This document shows, piece by piece, positions 17,093-29,445 of a DNA stretch of 57,673 bases. Within the stretch, counting starts at the first letter, position 1. The number at the start of each line of letters is the position of its first letter. The notes under the pieces were generated by a model that worked only from the letters and a program-made list of their open reading frames with translations, was not told the DNA's origin and ran no database searches. Both the position numbers and the translations under genes were made by a program. This stretch comes from Actinomycetota bacterium (lineage in GTDB: Bacteria > Actinomycetota > Actinomycetes > Actinomycetales > Actinomycetaceae), in contig JBNJCY010000001.1 in assembly GCA_051744325.1 (NCBI GenBank), forward strand, positions 1 to 57,673, in the 5' to 3' direction.

Positions 17093-18531
17093 CGAGTCCC
17101 ACATCGGTGACGAAGGCTGAGACCCTGTCACAGGAAGACACCATCGCGTCCATCGGCCACTACAGCTATGGCTGGCATGACACGGACTTCGCAGGGGCAT
17201 CCGCCCGCCGCGGCCTGGATGACGGTGTCGTGCGCGGAATCTCGGCGCTGAAGGGCGAGCCGGAGTGGATGCTGAAGCGGCGCCTCAGGGGCCTGAAGCT
17301 GTTCGAGAAGAAGCCCATGCCGCAGTGGGGCGCCGACCTCACCGGCATCGACTTCGACAACATCAAGTACTTCGTGAGGTCCACCGAGCGGCAGGCCACC
17401 AGTTGGGAGGACCTGCCCGAGGACATCAAGCGGACCTACGACCGCCTCGGGATCCCGGAGGCGGAGAAGCAGCGCCTCGTCGCCGGGGTCGCGGCCCAGT
17501 ACGAGTCCGAGGTGGTCTACCACCAGATCCAGGAGGAACTCGAGGCCCAGGGCGTGATCTTCCTGGACACCGACACGGGGCTCAAGGAGCATCCGGAGAT
17601 ATTCGAGGAGTACTTCGGGACCGTCATCCCCGTGGGGGACAACAAGTTCGCGTCCCTGAACACGGCGGTCTGGTCCGGGGGCTCCTTCGTGTACGTCCCC
17701 CCGGGCGTGCACGTGGAGATCCCGCTCCAGGCCTACTTCCGGATCAACACCGAGAACATGGGCCAGTTCGAGCGCACCCTGATCATCGCGGACGAGGGCT
17801 CCTACGTGCACTACGTGGAGGGCTGCACCGCCCCGGTCTACTCGTCGGATTCGCTGCACTCCGCGGTGGTGGAGATCATCGTGAAGAAGGACGCGCGCGT
17901 CCGGTACACGACGATCCAGAACTGGTCGAACAACGTGTACAACCTCGTCACCAAGCGCGCCACCGTCGACGCCGGCGGCACCATGGAGTGGGTGGACGGC
18001 AACATCGGCTCCAAAGCCACCATGAAGTACCCGGCCGTCTACCTCATGGGGGAGCACGCTCGCGGGGAGACCCTGTCCATCGCCTTCGCCGGTGAGGGCC
18101 AGCACCAGGACACCGGGTCCAAGATGGTGCACCTCGCCCCGCACACGTCCTCCTCGATCGTCTCCAAGTCGGTCGCACGAGGAGGAGGCCGCGCCTCATA
18201 CCGCGGCCTCGTGCAGATCATGGAGAACGCCCATCACTCCAGGTCGAACGTGCTGTGCGACGCGCTGCTGGTGGACACGATCTCCCGCTCCGACACCTAC
18301 CCGTACGTGGACGTCCGGGTCGACGACGTCGAGATGGGCCATGAGGCCACCGTCTCGAAGGTGTCCGAGGAACAACTCTTCTACCTCATGAGCCGCGGCA
18401 TGCCGGAGACCGAGGCGATGGCGATGATCGTGCGTGGCTTCGTCGAGCCGATCGCCCGTGAGCTCCCGATGGAGTACGCGCTCGAACTCAACCGCCTGAT
18501 CGAAATGCAGATGGAAGGCTCGGTGGGCTGA
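17089..18531 (+). CDS. sufB: Fe-S cluster assembly protein SufB
   Basis: 480 aa; [28 protein letters not shown] and [16 protein letters not shown] are typical SufB strings. Confidence 0.95.
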   Translation: MTSPTSVTKAETLSQEDTIASIGHYSYGWHDTDFAGASARRGLDDGVVRGISALKGEPEWMLKRRLRGLKLFEKKPMPQWGADLTGIDFDNIKYFVRSTERQATSWEDLPEDIKRTYDRLGIPEAEKQRLVAGVAAQYESEVVYHQIQEELEAQGVIFLDTDTGLKEHPEIFEEYFGTVIPVGDNKFASLNTAVWSGGSFVYVPPGVHVEIPLQAYFRINTENMGQFERTLIIADEGSYVHYVEGCTAPVYSSDSLHSAVVEIIVKKDARVRYTTIQNWSNNVYNLVTKRATVDAGGTMEWVDGNIGSKATMKYPAVYLMGEHARGETLSIAFAGEGQHQDTGSKMVHLAPHTSSSIVSKSVARGGGRASYRGLVQIMENAHHSRSNVLCDALLVDTISRSDTYPYVDVRVDDVEMGHEATVSKVSEEQLFYLMSRGMPETEAMAMIVRGFVEPIARELPMEYALELNRLIEMQMEGSVG

Positions 18532-19703
18532 TGGAGACCACGACCCTCGACCATTCTGCGGCGCGCCTCGTGGGGGATCATTCCCACCTGGTGGTGCCGA
18601 AGAGGGACCGCGCCGAGCGCGTCGCGTCCTTCGACCCCGCCGACTTCCCGATGCCGACCGGCCGTGAGGAGGACTGGCGCTTCACTCCGGTCGACCGCCT
18701 CGCCGCGCTGCTCGCTTCCGGCCCCACCGGCACCCGCCTCACGCTGTCCTCCCGTGTCCCCGACGGCGTGACCCTCACCGAGGTGGACTCCGCCACCGCG
18801 CGGGCGGTAGCACCGTTCGCGCCCGGTGACCGGGCGGCGGCGCTTGCCGTGGCCAACTCGGACGGGGCGCTGCGGCTGGAGGTACCGGCCTCCTTCGCCG
18901 GCGAGCCTGTCGTCCTCAACCTCCACGGTACGGGCGGCGCCGTCTTCGGCCACCTCAGCGTCCATGTGGGTGCCAACGCGGAGGCCATCGTGGTGCTGCG
19001 CCACACCGGCACCGCGGAGTACAGCGCCCGGGTGGACCTCACGGCCGACGAGGGCGCCCACGTCACGTTCGTCTCCCTCCAGGAGTGGGACGAGTACGCC
19101 GTCCACCTCGCTGAGAACGCGGTGGCGGTCGCGAAGGACGCCACCGTGAAGCACGTGGTGGTCACCCTCGGGGGTGAGCTCGCGCGTGTCAACACCTCCG
19201 CCCGGTTCACCGGCATCGGGGGCAACCTGGAACTGCTCGGTCTGTACTACACCGATGCCGGCCAGCACCAGGAGCACCGCCTCTTCGTCGACCACGCCGT
19301 GCCGAACTGCGTCTCTCGCGCCACCTACAAGGGCGCGTTGCAGGGTGAGGGTGCTCACTCGGTGTGGGTGGGCGACGTCCTCATCCGGAAGGCGGCCGAG
19401 GGCACCGACACCTACGAGCTCAACCGCAACCTCGTCCTCACCGAGGGAGCCCGTGCGGACTCCGTCCCCAACCTCGAGATCGAGACCGGGGAGATCGAGG
19501 GGGCCGGCCACGCCTCGGCGACCGGTCGCTTCGACGACGAGCAGCTCTTCTACCTCCGCTCCCGCGGCATCCCCGAACTTCAGGCCAGGCGCCTCGTCGT
19601 CCGGGGCTTCTTCGCCGAGCTCATCTCGCAGATCGGTGTCCCCGAGGTCCAGGGCGAGCTCATGGACGCGATCGAGGCTGAGCTGGGACGGTCGCAGGCA
19701 TGA
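18531..19703 (+). CDS. sufD: Fe-S cluster assembly protein SufD
   Basis: 390 aa. It has the SufB/D beta-helix family C-terminus (ATYKGALQGEGAHSVWVGDVLIRKAAEGTDTYELNRNLVL...FYLRSRGI). Confidence 0.9.
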   Translation: METTTLDHSAARLVGDHSHLVVPKRDRAERVASFDPADFPMPTGREEDWRFTPVDRLAALLASGPTGTRLTLSSRVPDGVTLTEVDSATARAVAPFAPGDRAAALAVANSDGALRLEVPASFAGEPVVLNLHGTGGAVFGHLSVHVGANAEAIVVLRHTGTAEYSARVDLTADEGAHVTFVSLQEWDEYAVHLAENAVAVAKDATVKHVVVTLGGELARVNTSARFTGIGGNLELLGLYYTDAGQHQEHRLFVDHAVPNCVSRATYKGALQGEGAHSVWVGDVLIRKAAEGTDTYELNRNLVLTEGARADSVPNLEIETGEIEGAGHASATGRFDDEQLFYLRSRGIPELQARRLVVRGFFAELISQIGVPEVQGELMDAIEAELGRSQA

Positions 19704-20023
19704 GCGAGCACGTCTGCGCCGTCGGCGACCTCGCCCCGGGCGAGAAGATGCGCACTGAGGTCGACGGCGTCGCCGTCGCCGTCGTTCGGGACGAGGCCGG
19801 CGAGTACCACGCCATCGGCGACGCCTGCACCCACGGCAACGTGAGCCTCTCGGACGGCGAGGTCGAGGGTGCCACCGTCGAGTGCTGGCTGCACGGCTCC
19901 TCGTTCGACCTGCGCACCGGCCGTCCGTTGTCCCTGCCCGCCACCAAGCCCGTCCCGGTGTACCTCGTCACCGTAGAGGGCGAGGACGTCCTCGTGGACG
20001 CCAGCACAGTCACCAACGACTAG
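19700..20023 (+). CDS. Rieske [2Fe-2S] ferredoxin (non-heme iron oxygenase ferredoxin subunit-like) embedded in the suf operon
   Basis: The Rieske ligand pattern is CTHGNVSLSDG...CWLHGSSFDLRTG. There is an ATGA overlap with sufD. Confidence 0.85.
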   Translation: MSEHVCAVGDLAPGEKMRTEVDGVAVAVVRDEAGEYHAIGDACTHGNVSLSDGEVEGATVECWLHGSSFDLRTGRPLSLPATKPVPVYLVTVEGEDVLVDASTVTND

Positions 20024-20035
20024 AAGGAAGAGCGA

Positions 20036-20793
<758 letters not shown>

Positions 20794-20797
<4 letters not shown>

Positions 20798-22074
20798 CCG
20801 TTCTGCACGGCGAGGTGAGCCCACTTGGTGCCGGTGAGCTCGCCTCGCTGCGCGCCGACTTCCCGATCCTCGGCCGGACGGTCCGGGGCAAGTCCCTCGT
20901 GTACCTCGACTCCGCCGCGACCTCGCAGAAACCCCGCAGCGTCATCGAGGCGGAGTCGCGTTTCTACGAGGAGTCGAACGCCGCCGTCCACCGGGGCGCC
21001 CACGCACTGGCGGAGGAGGCCACCGACTTCTACGAGTCGGGCCGTGACCACCTCGCCCGCTTCCTCGGGGCGCGAGCGGATGAGGTCGTCTGGACGAAGA
21101 ACGCCACCGAGTCCCTCAACCTCGTGGCGTACGCCCTCCAGAACGCCACCCTCGACGGCTCCCGTCTCGCCCTGCGGCCCGGCGACGAGATCGTGGTCAC
21201 GGAGGCGGAACACCACTCCAACCTCGTGCCCTGGCAGCAACTCGCCCGCCGGACCGGGGCCCGGTTCCGGTGGCTCGGCGTCGACGACCACGGGCGCATC
21301 GACCCCGCCACGCTGGACGTGATCAACGAGCGCACGCGTGTGGTCGCGTTCACCCACGTGTCGAACGTCACGGGCGCCATCTCGCCGGTGGCCCCGATCG
21401 TCGAGGCGGCGCGCGCCGCCGGCGCGATCACTGTCCTCGACGCGTGCCAGTCGGCGCCCCACCTCCCGCTCGACGTCCGTGCCCTCGGCGTGGACGCCGT
21501 CGCCGTCTCCGGCCACAAGTTGCTGGGCCCCACGGGCGTCGGCGCGCTGTGGGCGCGGACCGAGCTGCTGGAGGCCCTGCCCCCGTTCCTCACCGGTGGG
21601 TCGATGATCGAGGTGGTGACGATGGAGGGAACCACCTTCACGGACCCACCCACGCGCTTCGAGGCCGGCACGCAGATGATCGCCCAGGTGGCGGGCTTCG
21701 ACGCGGCCCTCACCTGGCTCGAGGAGTTCGGGATGGATCGTGTCGAGGCCCACGAGGCCGCCCTCACCGCCCGTCTCGTCGACGGCGTAGCGGCTCTCGA
21801 CGGTGTCCGGATCCTCGGCCCGGACACCGCCGCCGGGCGGGTGGGCCTCGTGTCCTTCACGGTCGACGGGGTCCACCCCCACGACGTCTCCCAGGTGCTG
21901 GACGCCGACGGCATCGCCATCCGGGTGGGCCACCACTGCGCCCAGCCGATCCACCGCCGCCTCGGGGTGCACGCCTCGGCGCGCGCCTCCCTCGGCGTGT
22001 ACAACACGATGGACGAAGTAGACTTCTTCGTCGACAGGCTCGCCCACGTCAGGAAGTTCTTCGGAGTCGCATGA
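20794..22074 (+). CDS. sufS: Cysteine desulfurase SufS (class V aminotransferase, group II)
   Basis: LDSAATSQKP, the SGHKLLGPTG PLP-Lys motif, and RVGHHCAQP containing the catalytic Cys. Confidence 0.93.
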
Positions 22075-22541
22075 TGGCTGAACTCGAACAGCTCTACCAG
22101 CAGGTCATCATGGACCATGCCCGCCTCCGCCACGGCACCGGCCTGCTCGCCGACTTCGACGGCGAGTCGTTCCAGGTGAACCCCACCTGCGGCGACGAGG
22201 TCCGCCTGAGGGTGAAGCTCTCCTACGACGGCGAGCCCACGATTGCCGCGATCGGCTGGGAGGGCCAGGGGTGCTCGATCTCCCAGGCATCGCTCTCCCT
22301 CATGCACGATCTGGCTGCAGGCCACACCCTGGCCGAGGTGGAGGAACTCGGCGAGCTCTTCCGCGAGATGATGCACTCCCGCGGGGACTTCCCGGAGGAG
22401 AAGGCGGACGCGCTCGAGGACGCCTCGGCGCTCGTCGGCGTTTCGAAGTTCCCCGCCCGCGTCAAGTGCGCGCTCCTCGGCTGGATGGCGCTCCGCGGCG
22501 CCCTCGCCCAGGCCCTCGCAGAACCCACGGAGGAATCATGA
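22071..22541 (+). CDS. sufU: SufU/IscU-like sulfur acceptor and scaffold protein
   Basis: LYQQVIMDHARLRHG, NPTCGDEV, GCSISQAS, RVKCALL. There is an ATGA overlap with sufS. Confidence 0.9.
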   Translation: MMAELEQLYQQVIMDHARLRHGTGLLADFDGESFQVNPTCGDEVRLRVKLSYDGEPTIAAIGWEGQGCSISQASLSLMHDLAAGHTLAEVEELGELFREMMHSRGDFPEEKADALEDASALVGVSKFPARVKCALLGWMALRGALAQALAEPTEES

Positions 22542-22855
22542 CCATGCCCACCACCGCGGCCGACGTCGAGGAGGCCATGCGCGACGTCATCGATCCCGAG
22601 CTCGGCATCAACGTCGTCGACCTGGGCCTCGTCTACGGGGTCTCGATCGACCAGAACAACGACGCCGTCATCGACATGACGCTCACGTCCGCGGCCTGCC
22701 CACTGACCGACGTGCTCGAGGACCAGGTCGCGACCGTCCTCGACGGACTCGTCCGCTCGGCACGCATCAACTGGGTCTGGATGCCCCCGTGGGGCCCTGA
22801 CAAGATCACCCCCGACGGGCGTGAGCAGCTCCGCGCGCTCGGCTTCAACGTCTGA
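22538..22855 (+). CDS. sufT: SufT / DUF59 metal-sulfur cluster assembly factor
   Basis: AMRDVIDPELGINVVDLGLVYGV...TLTSAACPLTD is the DUF59 signature. Confidence 0.85.
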   Translation: MTMPTTAADVEEAMRDVIDPELGINVVDLGLVYGVSIDQNNDAVIDMTLTSAACPLTDVLEDQVATVLDGLVRSARINWVWMPPWGPDKITPDGREQLRALGFNV

Positions 22856-24147
22856 TGCCCACGCACTCGCGCACCCCCCAACGGGTGTACCTGGTCCGGC
22901 GGATGGCGGCGCTCGCCCTCGTCCTCCTCGTGGTGGTGCTGGGCACCTGGGCCGTCAACCGTGCGTTCGGCTCGGACCCCGTCTCCGAGGCCCCCACCGC
23001 CGGAGCCACGGTTCCGGCGGTCACGCCGGAACCGATCCCGACCCCGACTCCGGGACCGGAGCCCGACCCCGTCACCTTCACCCTCGTGACCGCCGGGGAC
23101 GTGCTGCCGCACGCCACGGTGAACCGCAACGCGCAGACCGCGGACGGGGGCTACGACTACGCGCCCCTGATGGAGCCGGTGCGGGAGTGGATCGAAGGTG
23201 CGGACATCGCGCTCTGCTCGCTGGAGGTCCCGCTCGCGCCTCCGGGGGAGGCGGTGAGCGCATACCCGGTGTTCGGTGCGCCGGAGGAGCTGATCACCTC
23301 GCTCAAGATGGTCGGGTGGGACGGGTGCGCGACCGCCACCAACCACTCCCTCGACCGGGGCATTCCCGGCCTGGTCCGCACCATCGAGGTCATGGACGAG
23401 GTCGGCATGGGCCGCGCCGGGACCGGCAGGAGCCCCGAGGAGACGACCAGCGCCCAGTTCTATGAGGTGGAGCGGGACGGGGTGTCCTTCACGCTGGCGC
23501 ACCTTTCGGCGACGACGTTCCACAACGACTACACCGATCCCGCGCAGTACGCCGACTCTCTCCACGCCCTCGAAGCGGACAGCATCGTCGAACTCGCGCG
23601 CGAGGCGCGTGCGAACGGCGCCGACATCGTCCTTTTCACGCCCCACTGGGGCCAGGAGTACTGGGACGATCCGGACGGCCTGCAGCAGGACATCGCCGCG
23701 ACCCTGGCGGCCTCCGGGGAGGTCGACGTCATCCTCGGCGGACACTCGCACGTGCCGCAGCCTCTCGTGAAGCTCGACGGCGGTCCGGATGAGGAGGGTA
23801 TGTGGGTGGGGTACTCGATGGGCAACTTCCTGTCCAACCAGGATGAGAAATGCTGCACGATCAACACGGCGACCGGCCTGTTGGTGCGGACCGAGATCAC
23901 GGTCGACGGCGATGACGCCCGCGTCACCGGCGTCAGCTGGTCCGGGGCCACCATCGACACGGACGGGCGGCAGCGGCTCCACCCGATCCAGTCCCTCCTC
24001 GACGGCGCCAGCCATCCGGACCTGACGCTCGACGATGCCCGGGTCCAAGCCCGGTGGGACTCTCTCGCCGCGGTGATGGGACTCGACGCCTACGACCCGG
24101 CCCCGCCGCAGGACGGCGGCGCCGAGGTCACGGTGGTCAGCCGCTGA
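22855..24147 (+). CDS. CapA-family (PGA_cap) membrane-anchored metallophosphatase-like protein
   Basis: N-terminal TM (MAALALVLLVVVLGTWAV), a Pro/Thr-rich linker, then TLVTAGDVLPH...ADIALCSLEVPL...TATNHSLDRG...HWGQEY...GGHSHVPQP. The ATG shares one base with the sufT stop (TGATG). Confidence 0.8.
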   Translation: MPTHSRTPQRVYLVRRMAALALVLLVVVLGTWAVNRAFGSDPVSEAPTAGATVPAVTPEPIPTPTPGPEPDPVTFTLVTAGDVLPHATVNRNAQTADGGYDYAPLMEPVREWIEGADIALCSLEVPLAPPGEAVSAYPVFGAPEELITSLKMVGWDGCATATNHSLDRGIPGLVRTIEVMDEVGMGRAGTGRSPEETTSAQFYEVERDGVSFTLAHLSATTFHNDYTDPAQYADSLHALEADSIVELAREARANGADIVLFTPHWGQEYWDDPDGLQQDIAATLAASGEVDVILGGHSHVPQPLVKLDGGPDEEGMWVGYSMGNFLSNQDEKCCTINTATGLLVRTEITVDGDDARVTGVSWSGATIDTDGRQRLHPIQSLLDGASHPDLTLDDARVQARWDSLAAVMGLDAYDPAPPQDGGAEVTVVSR

Positions 24148-24167
24148 TCAGAGGGCTGATCAGCGGC
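24140..24167. terminator. Bidirectional hairpin between convergent genes (12-bp perfect stem GCCGCTGATCAG / CTGATCAGCGGC, 4-nt loop)
   Basis: Read directly from the sequence. The stem contains the stop codons of both the capA-like gene (24145-24147) and the minus-strand remnant (24160-24162). Confidence 0.55.
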
Positions 24168-24595
24168 CGGCGCCGCTGACGGCGAACGTGTCGCAGGACT
24201 GGACGGTCCCGCCCTGGTCGCTGGTGGCGAACCAGCGCATGCGCTGCTCGGAGGTGCCGTGGGAGAAGGTCTCCGGAATGACGCGTCCCTGGGTCCTGGT
24301 CTGGATCCTGTCGTCACCGACGGCGGCCGCCGCACCCACATGCCCGCGAGGCAGATTCCGCGGTGGCCACCGTGCGGCACTCCACATGCTGGTTGGCCGC
24401 CGCAGCATCAACGCAGAGCAGGATGTCCACCCCAGCGGCGTCGGTCGCGGTCGAGTTGCCTCCGAGGACCCCGGACAGCTCGACCCCCGTGAACATGAAG
24501 ACGAGCAGAGCGATCAGAAGAAGCACAGGACGGCGCCGGGCGGCGTGCCTGCGATAATGGACCGGCCAACCGTCCGAACGGAAGCGAACAGTCAC
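24160..24595 (-). pseudogene. Internally deleted, frameshifted remnant of a YpfJ-family putative neutral zinc metallopeptidase
   Basis: Two overlapping minus-strand ORFs lie in different frames. ORF 24314..24595 gives an N-terminal TM plus GVDILLCVDAAAANQHVECRTVATAES, which resembles the family N-terminus. ORF 24160..24411 gives AAAAVGDDRIQTRTQGRVIPETFSHGTSEQRMRWFATSDQGGTVQSCDTF, which resembles the family C-terminus. The central part of about 150 aa, including the HExxH region, is missing. Confidence 0.45.
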
Positions 24596-24597
24596 GC

Positions 24598-26183
<1,586 letters not shown>

Positions 26184-26211
<28 letters not shown>

Positions 26212-27035
26212 GCCAACTGCGCCTCGACGAGATCGTCCTCCGCCACCTCGTCGGCCCACCGCCGCCGCGGGCGCGGGACGTCGTCCTCGCCCTCCCGCCG
26301 AGCCAGGACCACCGCGCCCACGGGGATCGCGGCGGCGAAGAACCACCACTGGAACGCGTAGCTGAGGTGGGGCCCGAGATCCCGCTCCGGCTCGGGATTC
26401 GGCCGCAGCGGCTCCGACACCTCGACGGCTTGGCCGTAGCCCTGCACGACCGGTACATCCTCGAGGTCGGCGCCCGCCGCGCGGACCACCTGCGCGGTGT
26501 TCAGGGTGTAGACCTGCCCCGGCGGCGGAACCCGGTCCACCGCGCTCTCCTCGACCCTCATGCGCACTTCGACCTCGCGCTCGCCGGGCGGGAGCGGCGG
26601 GATCGCGAAACCGTCGGCCGGGACCCACCCGCGCGAGACCACGACGGCGACGTCTCCGCCGTCGTCCCGCTGGGCGAGCAGCACGCCGAGGACGTGGAGC
26701 GCCGGGGTGGCCGAGACGGGCCGGTTGCGGAGGAGGACGGTCGAGTCCTCGACGTAGCGCCCGGTCAGCCGCACCGTCTGCCACTGGGAATCCGGAGCGA
26801 CCGAGAGCCCCCGGGCGACGAACTGCTCCAGGCCGATCGCGGGGGCGTCCCAGTTCGCCTCCACCTGGGCGACGGCCTCGACCCGCGCCTCGTACCGTCC
26901 CCACTGCCACATCCCGAGGATCACGCAGACCGCGGACGCGACGAGGGCGCCGAGCGCGAGGCCGAGCCACCGCCCGGTCCGCAGGTGGGCGCGGCGCTCA
27001 GCGGGCTCATCCGCCGGTCGGACGCCTCCCGTCAT
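26184..27035 (-). CDS. SURF1-family cytochrome oxidase assembly protein
   Basis: GMWQWGRYEARV..., LLRNRPV, GPHLSYAFQWWFFAA. The internal ATG at 27035 overlaps the DUF3099 stop (ATGA). The listed start at 27188 would overlap that gene. Confidence 0.85.
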
Positions 27036-27352
27036 CGGAGGTACTCCGTCCGCGGGTCGTAGAGCTGCACCGCGCCGCTCTCCTGGAGCCCCACGTCGGG
27101 GACCTGCTCCCCGGCACGCTCCCGTCCGGCATTGGCCATGACGACGGCGACGTACGGCAGCACCACCGCCCCCGCCACGAAGATCCACCGCCAGGGATCC
27201 GGGGTGAACACCGCGAGGAAGAGACAGGCGGTCCGGATGGCCATCGAGACCAGGTAGCGGATGTGGCGGTCGTGGAGGTCCTCGGACAGAGCGCGCCGAG
27301 CCGAGGTGATGGAGTGGACCTCCTCACCCTTCCGGCGGCGATTTGTGCGCAC
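27032..27352 (-). CDS. DUF3099-like small membrane protein
   Basis: 106 aa with two TM helices (RYLVSMAIRTACLFLAVF...WIFVAGAVVLPYVAVVMANAG). It is in the conserved pairing upstream of SURF1. Confidence 0.7.
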   Translation of the reverse strand: MRTNRRRKGEEVHSITSARRALSEDLHDRHIRYLVSMAIRTACLFLAVFTPDPWRWIFVAGAVVLPYVAVVMANAGRERAGEQVPDVGLQESGAVQLYDPRTEYLR

Positions 27353-27365
27353 CAGTGCAGGCTAA

Positions 27366-28145
<780 letters not shown>

Positions 28146-28153
28146 GAGGGCAC

Positions 28154-28924
28154 ATGGGCGGAATCCTCGAAGGCAGGTCGGTGCTGGTCACCGGGGTGCT
28201 GCGCGACAACTCGATTGCTTTCCACGTGGCGCGGCTCGCGATGGAGCAGGGCGCGACAGTGGTGCTGTCGTCGTTCGGCCGGCAGTTGAAGCTCACGGAA
28301 CTCTCGGCGCGCCGGCTGGGGAAGCCGGTCCCGATCGTGCAGCTCGATGTCTCCAGCCAGGAGGACCTCGACGGGCTGGCGGATGCCGTCCGTGAGCACA
28401 CCGATCGCCTCGACGCCGTGGTCCACTCGATCGGCTTCGCGCCGCAGTCGGTGCTCGGTGGCAACTTCCTGTCCGCACCGTGGCCGGACGTCGCCACGGC
28501 GCTCGAGATCTCGGCCTACTCGCTGAAGTCGCTGGCGGTCGCGGCTCGGCCGCTGATGACGGGCGGGGGTGCCGTCGTCGGACTGACCTTCGACGGCTCC
28601 GTCGCCTGGCCCGTCTACGACTGGATGGGGGTGGCCAAGGCCGCCTTCGAGGCCACGGCCCGCTACCTCGCTCGTGACCTCGGGCCGGACGGCATCCGGG
28701 TCAACCTGGTCTCCGCCGGGCCGATCCGCACCACCGCAGCCACCTCGATCCCCGGGTTCGAGGTCATGGAGAGCCGTTGGGACGAGCGCGCCCCGCTAGG
28801 ATGGGACGTCATGGACCCGGAGCCGACCGCTCGGAGCGTGGTGGCCCTGTGCTCCGACTGGTTCCCGGCCACCACGGGCGAGATCGTGCACGTGGACGGC
28901 GGCGTGCACGCGATGGGGCAGTGA
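28154..28924 (+). CDS. fabI: Enoyl-[ACP] reductase, NADH-dependent (FabI/InhA-like)
   Basis: LEGRSVLVTGVLRDNSIAFHVARLAMEQGA, Y...MGVAKAALE-type motif, GPIRT. Confidence 0.9.
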   Translation: MGGILEGRSVLVTGVLRDNSIAFHVARLAMEQGATVVLSSFGRQLKLTELSARRLGKPVPIVQLDVSSQEDLDGLADAVREHTDRLDAVVHSIGFAPQSVLGGNFLSAPWPDVATALEISAYSLKSLAVAARPLMTGGGAVVGLTFDGSVAWPVYDWMGVAKAAFEATARYLARDLGPDGIRVNLVSAGPIRTTAATSIPGFEVMESRWDERAPLGWDVMDPEPTARSVVALCSDWFPATTGEIVHVDGGVHAMGQ

Positions 28925-29430
28925 CCGAGGGCAGGACCCTGGTCCTGATGCGCCACGCCCGGGCGGAGCCTGCCAACCACTTGGGCGACCGTTTGCGTCC
29001 CCTCGCCAAGCACGGCCGCCGGCAGGCGAGCCAGCAGGGCCCACGGCTCGCGGAGCTCGCGGGTCCCTTCGACGTCGCCCTCGTCTCGAGTGCGCTCCGG
29101 GCCGCCGAGACCTACCGGCTCCTCGCCGCTCGCACCACCATGTACCCGACGCCCCGGCTCCTCGACGAGTTCTACGAGGTCGGGGCCCGTCCCCTGCTGG
29201 AGTCCCTGCGCCACCTGCCCGAGTCGGCGCGCCGCGTCATCGTGGTCGGCCACGAGCCGACCATGAGCTCGCTCGCGGGCATGCTGCACGACGTCCGTGA
29301 CGAGCTCGTCCCGCAGCTCGCCGTCGGTATTCCCGTCGCCACGGCCTGCATCGTCGATGTCGGGGTCGGCTGGGGGCAGCTGGACCGCAGGCGTGGACAC
29401 GTCCGCGGGATCATCCGCCCCGAGGAGTGA
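28921..29430 (+). CDS. Histidine phosphatase family protein (SixA-like)
   Basis: A GTG at 28921 (GTGA overlap with fabI). LVLMRHARAE is the RHA/G motif. LVSSALRAAET and VVGHEPTMS are also present. Confidence 0.75.
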   Translation: MTEGRTLVLMRHARAEPANHLGDRLRPLAKHGRRQASQQGPRLAELAGPFDVALVSSALRAAETYRLLAARTTMYPTPRLLDEFYEVGARPLLESLRHLPESARRVIVVGHEPTMSSLAGMLHDVRDELVPQLAVGIPVATACIVDVGVGWGQLDRRRGHVRGIIRPEE

Positions 29431-29445
29431 CGTCAGGACTGGCGT

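Noticed and set aside
19700-20023. The Rieske ferredoxin inside the suf operon as a novelty
   Set aside because: As far as I recall, this arrangement is common in non-mycobacterial actinobacterial suf operons. I kept it as a feature only.
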